A stretch of 64,000 bases of DNA from Pseudomonadales bacterium (GTDB lineage Bacteria; Patescibacteriota; Microgenomatia; UBA1400; PJMF01): the NCBI GenBank assembly GCA_020632235.1, contig JACKFY010000003.1, positions 94,139 through 158,138 on the forward strand, given 5' to 3'. Positions 57,671 to 64,000 of this stretch are shown here, in pieces. Position numbers and translations under genes: made by a program. The first letter of the stretch is position 1, and every line of letters starts with the position of its first letter. The notes under the pieces are model-generated. The model was not told the origin of the DNA and did no database searches. It saw only the letters and a list, made by a program, of their open reading frames with translations.

Positions 57671-58399
57671 TTACCCAAAATACTTTGCTACTACTTTTTT
57701 TGCCCCTCCACTATCTTTCACCTCTCCCCCTTCCAGCCACAATGCATGCTCTGTATGCTCACGAATTAAATCAGGTGAGTGACTAACTACTACTATAGTA
57801 ACCTTATTTTTTTTCATTTCTTCTATTCTTGTGACACACTTTCTCTGAAACTCATGATCCCCCACTGCCAAAATCTCATCAATCAGCAAAATTTCTGGAT
57901 CTGTGTGAATAGCCACCGCAAAAGCGAGCCTGAGGTACATGCCACTACTGTAATGCTTGATAGGCTGGTCTATAAATTCCCATAGCTCTGCAAAATCAAC
58001 AATAGTTTTAAATTTTTTCTCTATCTCTGCCCTAGTCATCCCTAAGATCACCCCATTGAGAAAAACGTTTTCTCTGCCCGTGAGTTCTGGATGAAACCCA
58101 GCACCCAACTCAATAAGGGGCGCAATTCTGCCAGTGACAGAAATACTTCCCGAGGTGGGCTGGGTTACACCAGCTATTAACTTTAAAAGTGTTGACTTAC
58201 CTGATCCGTTAGGGCCAATAATACCAATGCTTTCACCTTTTTTAACTTCTAGATCAATATTTTTGACTGCCCAAAATGTTTCATGAGTTTTGTTTCTACC
58301 CAAAAGAGCTGGTATAAACTCTTTGAGCGTGCGCTGATGTTGCTTGTAATAGAGCTTTGAGACGTTCTGGATGGTGATGGCGGAGGCTAATTTGTTCAT
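57671..58399 (-). CDS. ABC transporter ATP-binding protein (Wzt/TagH-type polysaccharide exporter)
   Basis: Walker A 'IGIIGPNGSGKSTLLKLIAG', signature 'YSSGMYLRLAFA', Walker B 'LLIDEILAVGD'. Confidence 0.85.
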   Translation of the reverse strand: MNKLASAITIQNVSKLYYKQHQRTLKEFIPALLGRNKTHETFWAVKNIDLEVKKGESIGIIGPNGSGKSTLLKLIAGVTQPTSGSISVTGRIAPLIELGAGFHPELTGRENVFLNGVILGMTRAEIEKKFKTIVDFAELWEFIDQPIKHYSSGMYLRLAFAVAIHTDPEILLIDEILAVGDHEFQRKCVTRIEEMKKNKVTIVVVSHSPDLIREHTEHALWLEGGEVKDSGGAKKVVAKYFG

Positions 58400-59622
58400 G
58401 CTTTATTTGTTTCTGTAACATAGGATGCCACTGCAGAGCCAACGTCCCAAGGAAAAATCACCTTCTGCAAATGGAGTGGATTATCGCCTACCACCGCCCA
58501 GTCGCTTACTCCAGCAGCCTGTGCGCGTTTTTTTGTTGCATCTAGATTGTGAGTAGAAACAGTTTGTTTTACCTCTAGTCCTAAAGAACCCTCAACAATA
58601 AAATCAATTTCTTGACCAGATCGTGTTTGGTAGTAGGTAAGTTGATGCTTTCTTATATTCATAAACACTGCATTTTCAAGTAATTGACCAGCAGAAATAC
58701 TAGAAGAAACAGCCTGGGCAAAACCAACATCTTCAAAATATACCTTATCGAAAGAAGAAACCTGGTTATCAATGCTTGATTTTTGTGACAGCAGAGATAT
58801 AGCATATGTTTGCGTGAGACACTCAAGATACTCATATATCTGCTCTCTTCGTAACTTCATAACACTTGAGAGCGTTTGGACATTAACCCGCTGCCCAATG
58901 CGCTGTGTTAATAACCTAAGTAAGTTGTAGAGGTGGGTGGTATCAGCAAAGTCGGCAAATGTTACTACATCAATCTGAAAGTATGAGGTAACAATATCTT
59001 CAAGTAGTTTCTGTTTTACTTCACTATTATCTTGTAATACAACCTCTGGAAACCCTCCGTATTGGGTATACTCACGAAATAGCGAAGACGGGAGTGAATC
59101 TGCTGGTAATAGCGCGCTATGATCTTGATACTCTTGCCAGGAAAGATTATTTTGCAGCACCTTCTCTCCTTTAAATCGGCAAAACTCTTGAAATGATAAA
59201 GGGTGGAGCTCAAACAGTAGTTTTCGACCAGCCAAGCTCTGATTAAAGTGATTTTTTATGTAGTAGCTACTTGATCCCGTCACAATAAATTTTATATGAT
59301 AGGTGTCATAGAGATATTTAATGACAGAAGGAGCATTCTTGACAAATTGCAGTTCATCTATAAGCACATATGATGGGCGAGAAACGTCTAAACCTCTACT
59401 TTCAAGGCTGACTCGCACCGTTTCATAGTTGCTTGATTCCCAAATCAAACGCTCTTGCAGGTTTTCAAAATCGATAAATACTTTGTTTTTCGTTTGTATG
59501 TAATCAAGTAACTGTAACAACACAGTGGTTTTTCCTACTCGGCGCATACCTGTAACCACTAATACTTGTGGTATCTCAATGTACTCTAGTAAGGTGTGGT
59601 ACATGTCTCTGTGTATTTGCAT
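58396..59622 (-). CDS. AAA+ ATPase with DUF4143 C-terminal domain
   Basis: 'VLVVTGMRRVGKTTVLLQL' Walker A, 'YVLIDELQ' Walker B, then a DUF4143-type C-terminus. 4-nt overlap with wzt. Confidence 0.65.
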   Translation of the reverse strand: MQIHRDMYHTLLEYIEIPQVLVVTGMRRVGKTTVLLQLLDYIQTKNKVFIDFENLQERLIWESSNYETVRVSLESRGLDVSRPSYVLIDELQFVKNAPSVIKYLYDTYHIKFIVTGSSSYYIKNHFNQSLAGRKLLFELHPLSFQEFCRFKGEKVLQNNLSWQEYQDHSALLPADSLPSSLFREYTQYGGFPEVVLQDNSEVKQKLLEDIVTSYFQIDVVTFADFADTTHLYNLLRLLTQRIGQRVNVQTLSSVMKLRREQIYEYLECLTQTYAISLLSQKSSIDNQVSSFDKVYFEDVGFAQAVSSSISAGQLLENAVFMNIRKHQLTYYQTRSGQEIDFIVEGSLGLEVKQTVSTHNLDATKKRAQAAGVSDWAVVGDNPLHLQKVIFPWDVGSAVASYVTETNKA

Positions 59623-59718
59623 ATCGTGCTATTTTAGCATAAAAAATGTAATTTGTCCATTCTTTCCTACAAATACCCTGCACATTTGTAGTATTTTTCC
59701 GACAAAGTAGCGGGGTTA

Positions 59719-60498
59719 CTACACAACATCGGCAAACACTCCTTCCAATTTTTTAAAAAACCAGTAGCCAAGCATTAAAACACTGGTAGAAACCACTGCC
59801 GCAATGCCCAGACTCATGTAGTTTGGCTCTCCGGCCGCCAAGATCACCTGGCGATAGGCGTTGATAAAAACCGCCATTGGGTTGATCTGGAATATCCAGC
59901 GGTACCGATCAGGAAACATCTCGGTGGGGTAGATGACGGGCGTTAGGTACATCCAGACTATAAGACCAAGTCCCAACACATACTGAATGTCTCGATACAA
60001 AAGATTGGCTGCTGCTAAAAACAATGAAAGACCATAGGTAAATATGAGTTGTATGCCAAAGATAGGCACCACCCACACAATGTGCCAGGAAAGAGAGATG
60101 TGATAGTAGATAAGAAACACGACCAACACCGAGAGGGCGAGAAAGAGATCAACCACTTTGGCCAAGATAGCACTCAAAACAAATACTTCTCGGGGAAAGT
60201 AGATCTTAGTGATCAAACCCGCGTTCGCGACCAAACTACCTGTTGCACCGGCAAGTGCGCCGGAAAAAAAATTCCAGGGCAACAACCCAACATACAAAAA
60301 AACAGCATACGGCACGCCAAGGCTTTCAACACGAAGAATCTTGGAAAATACAAATGCCATGACCAGCATCTGAATCAGTGGATTAAGAATCACCCAGGCA
60401 TACCCAAGGATCGACTGCTTGTAGCGTTGTTTGATCTCGCGCCAAGTCAGCTCTGAGAGTAACTCGCGGTAGGTGGTGAAAAGAGAGAAAAATTGCAT
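59719..60498 (-). CDS. ABC-2 type transporter permease (Wzm/TagG-type)
   Basis: 259 aa with 6 TM helices and an ABC2_membrane-like pattern. Upstream partner of the Wzt ATPase. Confidence 0.75.
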   Translation of the reverse strand: MQFFSLFTTYRELLSELTWREIKQRYKQSILGYAWVILNPLIQMLVMAFVFSKILRVESLGVPYAVFLYVGLLPWNFFSGALAGATGSLVANAGLITKIYFPREVFVLSAILAKVVDLFLALSVLVVFLIYYHISLSWHIVWVVPIFGIQLIFTYGLSLFLAAANLLYRDIQYVLGLGLIVWMYLTPVIYPTEMFPDRYRWIFQINPMAVFINAYRQVILAAGEPNYMSLGIAAVVSTSVLMLGYWFFKKLEGVFADVV

Positions 60499-60501
60499 AG
60501 G

Positions 60502-61422
60502 CTACCCTCTCCACCGCTCTACAAACCACTCCACGGTTTTTTCTAGCCCTTCATCAAGAAAAACTGTTGCACGCCAGCCCAGACTCTCTCGGACCTTGAC
60601 TGCACTGGCATACAGCACTCGCGGATCACCCAGCCTGTCTGGAAAGTGCTCAATGCGCGGTTCTTTTCCCAGTAGGTGACCGATTTTCTGGGCTATCTGG
60701 AGTACGGTGGCTGGTTGTTCGGTTGAGAGATTATAGTAGTGGTACCGGTTGGGTTGTTTGTCGAGCAGCTCAAGAGCTTGCACATGAGCAGTCACAACGT
60801 CATCAATGTAGACAAAGTCACGCTGATGACCCCCATCACCCCACACAGTAACTGATTCATCATCGTATATTTGTTTTATAAATCGAGGAATGGCATGGGT
60901 TTCTGGCTGATGATCTTCTCCTGGGCCATAGAGGTTAAAGTAGCGCAGGGCAACACCAGTCAGCCCATGAGTGGCAACGTATGATGATACAAGCCCCTCC
61001 ATGGCGAGTTTTGTCATGCCGTAGGGGTTGGTGGGGAGGGTCACCGCCTCTTCTGTGAGTGGCGTTTGTGTTGGCTCGCCGTACACTGCAGCCGAGCTCG
61101 AAAACACAATGCTCGCAACACCATTTGCTCTCATGGCTTCCAGTACGTTGAGTGTGCCAGAGATATTATCATCGATGTAGCGTTGCGGCTGTTTGACCGA
61201 CTCACCTGCTTCGATCAGAGAGGCGAGATGAAACACCACATCTGCATCTACTATCAACTCTTTCATTGCCTCTTGGTCTTTTACGTCAGCAATAAACGTT
61301 TCACACCCATCAAAAGGACGAAGGTCGATGTTTGTAACCTGGTGCCCTTCGGTAAGTAGTCGGGTGATCAGGTGTTTTCCCAAAAAACCACTCCCTCCTG
61401 TCACAATAATGCGTTTGCTCAT
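60502..61422 (-). CDS. NAD-dependent sugar epimerase (UDP-glucose 4-epimerase GalE-like)
   Basis: 'IIVTGGSGFLGKHLITRLL' Rossmann motif and 'YGMTKLAME' YxxxK motif. Confidence 0.75.
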   Translation of the reverse strand: MSKRIIVTGGSGFLGKHLITRLLTEGHQVTNIDLRPFDGCETFIADVKDQEAMKELIVDADVVFHLASLIEAGESVKQPQRYIDDNISGTLNVLEAMRANGVASIVFSSSAAVYGEPTQTPLTEEAVTLPTNPYGMTKLAMEGLVSSYVATHGLTGVALRYFNLYGPGEDHQPETHAIPRFIKQIYDDESVTVWGDGGHQRDFVYIDDVVTAHVQALELLDKQPNRYHYYNLSTEQPATVLQIAQKIGHLLGKEPRIEHFPDRLGDPRVLYASAVKVRESLGWRATVFLDEGLEKTVEWFVERWRG

Positions 61423-61432
61423 AGCGTTTCTT

Positions 61433-62659
61433 TCATGCTACCCAATAGCCTTGTGTAAATAACACAACATTTATGAAAAGTACTATAGCAGAGATAAGAA
61501 ACAAGAGAAGTAACAGAGAGTGCTTTCCTGAAAGCAGCTGTGCTATCCATACATATAGGGGAAAAATAACAATGACATACCTTGGCATACTAGAAAATGT
61601 ACCCGTCAATGTAGGTATAAGAAAGACTCCCCAACTGTATACAAGCCAACTGGAAGGTACATATAACTGCGAGAGCAAGCGTGTATCAAATACTGCCAAG
61701 ACGCGACTCAGCAAACCAGAAACTCTGGAAACAAGCAGTTTTTGCAAAAACACTCCCGTAGCCATGATAAGAATAAAGAAAACAAGCATGTTAATCACAA
61801 ACTCTTGCACTGCTGCGTAGTAGGAAAAGCGAGTAGGGTCAGCAGTCGCTAACATTTTCATGTAGCGCCAAATAACCTGAGGAAGTAGCACGAGTGACTC
61901 TTGTCTGTCTCCGCCAAAATCCGACTGAACCGAGAAAAAATACAGAGGGTCACCAAACTCTCGCCACAAGTACAACATGTAGGAAAGCAGCCCCAAAGCT
62001 CCCGACAACACCGCCACTATGGCTTTTTTGGGAGTTACTCTGAGACTAGCCCCTGCGGCAACCTGCTGCGACAGCAGGCCAATTAACATGGCTGGGGTCA
62101 GCACAACACCCACAATGCGGGTTGCACTGGCAAGCATCAGGGTGAAGGCGACCCACAACCAGCATTTTTGCTCTAAAAGCATACATGCACCTAGAGCTAA
62201 TAGTAAAAATACGCTTTCGGTATACACAGCAACAAAAAAGAACGAGGTAGGAAAAAGCAGCATAATGAGTGCTGCGTTCTTCATCACGGGTTCGGGCAGT
62301 TTGTTTTGTAATAGCAACCTAAATACAGAGAGCGAAAAAACCAAGCAAACGGCGTTTAGTAGCAGTCCGCTATACAAATGGTTGTGGGTAAGAACAGAAA
62401 GCAGCTTGATCAAAGTTGGGTAAACGGGAAAAAATGCTTGTATGAGGTCGGCAAAATGGTACCCATAGATAGCTATGGTAAGGTAGTGCACGCCATCAAA
62501 GTGTGCCCATGATCGCAGCCATGAAAGAGGGGAAAATGCCTGCAGTACCTCTACCCCTGCAAATGAGGGTTGATAGGCCAGCACTAACGGGCTGAGCATC
62601 GAGATTAATACTAAGGCGCACCAATACAGAGCTACTAATCCAAACGCCCAGAGTAGCAA
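61433..62659 (-). CDS. Polytopic membrane protein (possible GT-C mannosyltransferase-like)
   Basis: 408 aa with more than 10 TM helices. No soluble-domain motifs. Confidence 0.35.
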   Translation of the reverse strand: MLLWAFGLVALYWCALVLISMLSPLVLAYQPSFAGVEVLQAFSPLSWLRSWAHFDGVHYLTIAIYGYHFADLIQAFFPVYPTLIKLLSVLTHNHLYSGLLLNAVCLVFSLSVFRLLLQNKLPEPVMKNAALIMLLFPTSFFFVAVYTESVFLLLALGACMLLEQKCWLWVAFTLMLASATRIVGVVLTPAMLIGLLSQQVAAGASLRVTPKKAIVAVLSGALGLLSYMLYLWREFGDPLYFFSVQSDFGGDRQESLVLLPQVIWRYMKMLATADPTRFSYYAAVQEFVINMLVFFILIMATGVFLQKLLVSRVSGLLSRVLAVFDTRLLSQLYVPSSWLVYSWGVFLIPTLTGTFSSMPRYVIVIFPLYVWIAQLLSGKHSLLLLLFLISAIVLFINVVLFTQGYWVA

Positions 62660-62666
62660 CTTTTTT

Positions 62667-63704
62667 TCACTTTGAGAATATCTGTGTATACACGGCGAGT
62701 GTTTCTTGGGCGGTCTCCTCCCAGCTATAGCTGGCCGCCACCTTACTACCAGAGCGCACTACCCTACGTCGCGCAGTTTTTGACAGATGCAGTATGCGCT
62801 CTACTCCACGCGCTAGCTCTTCGGCAACTGGCTCGACAAACTCAATACTCGTGTCTGGAGCCAGCTCTTGGAGTGCGGGCGTATTGCTGGCTACTACCGG
62901 CGTCCTGCAGCGCATGGCCTCAAGTACTGGTAGGCCAAAGCCTTCATACAGCGAGGGCTGAACGTAACACAGAGCGCCTGAATAGAGTGCGGAAAGCTCA
63001 CTACTTGCATCACCCAAAATTTCAGACAAAAAATGCACACGCTCACTCACATCGCTCAGCGCCAATTGCGTCTCGATCCACTGCCACTCGAGTATGGGTT
63101 GGGGTCGAAAGTTTCTGCCCACACACACCAAGTCTATCTCTTCTGGTATAAACTTGAGCATCTTGATGAGTTGAGGAATGTTTTTATTATAGTTAATATC
63201 ACCCACATACAACACATACCGGGCTGGTAAGTGGTATTTTTTTCTGACTTTCTTTACTTCAGTCTCTTTTGCTGGCCCTAGATCGGGATTGCTTGCCAGT
63301 GGCACGACGCTGATGTGTTCTTTTGGAACACCAAGATGCTTGGTAATATCACGCTTTGAAGTGTATGAGTCAGTGATGACCGCGTCAACATTTTTTAGTG
63401 CTAATTTTTGCTTTTGCAGGAAAAACGAGCCCTTTATTCCTGGTTTGTAGTACTCTGGATACAAAAGAGGAATAACGTCATGAATGGTCACTACTCTCTT
63501 TGCGTGACTTCGAAGTGGTAATGTGTTAAAAAATAAATCAAAAAAAGGGTAATGGACAATATCTGAGTGTGTAGCCTGTTCGTCTTCTACCAACTCCACC
63601 CCTTCTAACTGAGAGAGCGCCTGGGTCAGCTGACGCGTGTACAAACCAATACCTCGCACCGCGTGTCCTGTTTTGAGTGGGAGCGTGTTGATGGCAACTC
63701 GCAT
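62667..63704 (-). CDS. GT4 glycosyltransferase
   Basis: 'PSLYEGFGLPVLEAMRCRTPVVASNTPALQELAP'. Confidence 0.8.
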   Translation of the reverse strand: MRVAINTLPLKTGHAVRGIGLYTRQLTQALSQLEGVELVEDEQATHSDIVHYPFFDLFFNTLPLRSHAKRVVTIHDVIPLLYPEYYKPGIKGSFFLQKQKLALKNVDAVITDSYTSKRDITKHLGVPKEHISVVPLASNPDLGPAKETEVKKVRKKYHLPARYVLYVGDINYNKNIPQLIKMLKFIPEEIDLVCVGRNFRPQPILEWQWIETQLALSDVSERVHFLSEILGDASSELSALYSGALCYVQPSLYEGFGLPVLEAMRCRTPVVASNTPALQELAPDTSIEFVEPVAEELARGVERILHLSKTARRRVVRSGSKVAASYSWEETAQETLAVYTQIFSK

Positions 63705-63707
63705 ACG

Positions 63708-64000
63708 TTAGGTGCGCTCTTTTCTCTGTATCTCGACTAGCTTGAGGTACGAAACCGTATGATGCAGACCACTGAGTACTGCAAAGAGAAATCCTGCCAA
63801 GCCGTCTTGAAAACCCTTGTGACGAATGAAGAGTGAAAAAAAAGTAGTGGTTGGCTTGTACAGCGTAAACAGTAGCCAGTTTTTGATAGAAATGGTGACG
63901 CCTTGTTCTTGCAGCTGTGTGGCTTTAAACGATGTATAGCGATTAAACTTGGTGATGTATGCTTCCAGGGTTGGATTGGAGTTGTGTAGCAAATGGCCTT
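63708..64000 (-). CDS. Glycosyltransferase C-terminal fragment (gene continues beyond window end)
   Basis: Open to the window edge. 'FIRHKGFQDGLAGFLFAVLSGLHHTVSYLKL' resembles GT2 (WaaE/KdtX-like) C-termini. Confidence 0.35.
   Translation of the reverse strand, partial: GHLLHNSNPTLEAYITKFNRYTSFKATQLQEQGVTISIKNWLLFTLYKPTTTFFSLFIRHKGFQDGLAGFLFAVLSGLHHTVSYLKLVEIQRKERT

Noticed and set aside
1-64000. Searched intergenic regions for tRNA-like (T-loop GTTCGAAT-type), rRNA and CRISPR repeat-spacer periodicity.
   Set aside because: No cloverleaf-compatible sequence, no rRNA-like conserved blocks, and no regularly spaced direct repeats were seen. This was a by-eye search only. tRNAscan, Infernal and a CRISPR finder would be decisive.

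Overview
This 64 kb window looks like bacterial chromosome, probably from a small-genome, glycan-rich lineage such as Candidate Phyla Radiation (Patescibacteria). That placement is an inference from short aaRS forms, a DUF4012 protein, a minimal dcw cluster and many glycosyltransferases. About 52% GC housekeeping blocks alternate with visibly AT-rich islands, judged by eye and not computed. Housekeeping content includes: (i) murA-murB, cca and a divergent recJ; (ii) aspS; (iii) a reduced division/cell-wall (dcw) cluster mraZ-rsmH-ftsL-ftsI-murE-yvcK-murC; (iv) glyQS, recO and ruvCAB; and (v) a very large cell-surface glycan locus (DUF4012 protein, PglC-like priming transferase, ManC, UXS, GalE, many GT2/GT4/GT-C enzymes, a Wzy-like protein, an acetyltransferase, Wzm/Wzt ABC exporter). 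No rRNA, tRNA or CRISPR array was recognised. The most unusual element is a roughly 3.6 kb AT-rich four-gene operon at 5.8-9.3 kb, inserted between recJ and aspS. It encodes a degenerate palm-domain (GGDEF / class-III-cyclase / mCpol-like) nucleotide-cyclase-like protein with an S-G-E-E signature, translationally coupled to an S51 (PepE/cyanophycinase-like) serine peptidase, followed by an S66 (LdcA/MccF-like) serine peptidase and a class I SAM methyltransferase. I could not match this combination to any described system. Other notable points: a HEPN/MNT toxin-antitoxin pair and a solo MNT; a GT-C glycosyltransferase interrupted by a single in-frame TAG; a GT4 gene whose N-terminus has no canonical start codon (CTGA overlap); an AAA+ (DUF4143) ATPase wedged inside the Wzm/Wzt operon; and a second roughly 11.5 kb AT-rich glycan island carrying a sulfatase-like/PAPS-reductase-like pair whose boundary truncates an AbiEii-like gene.
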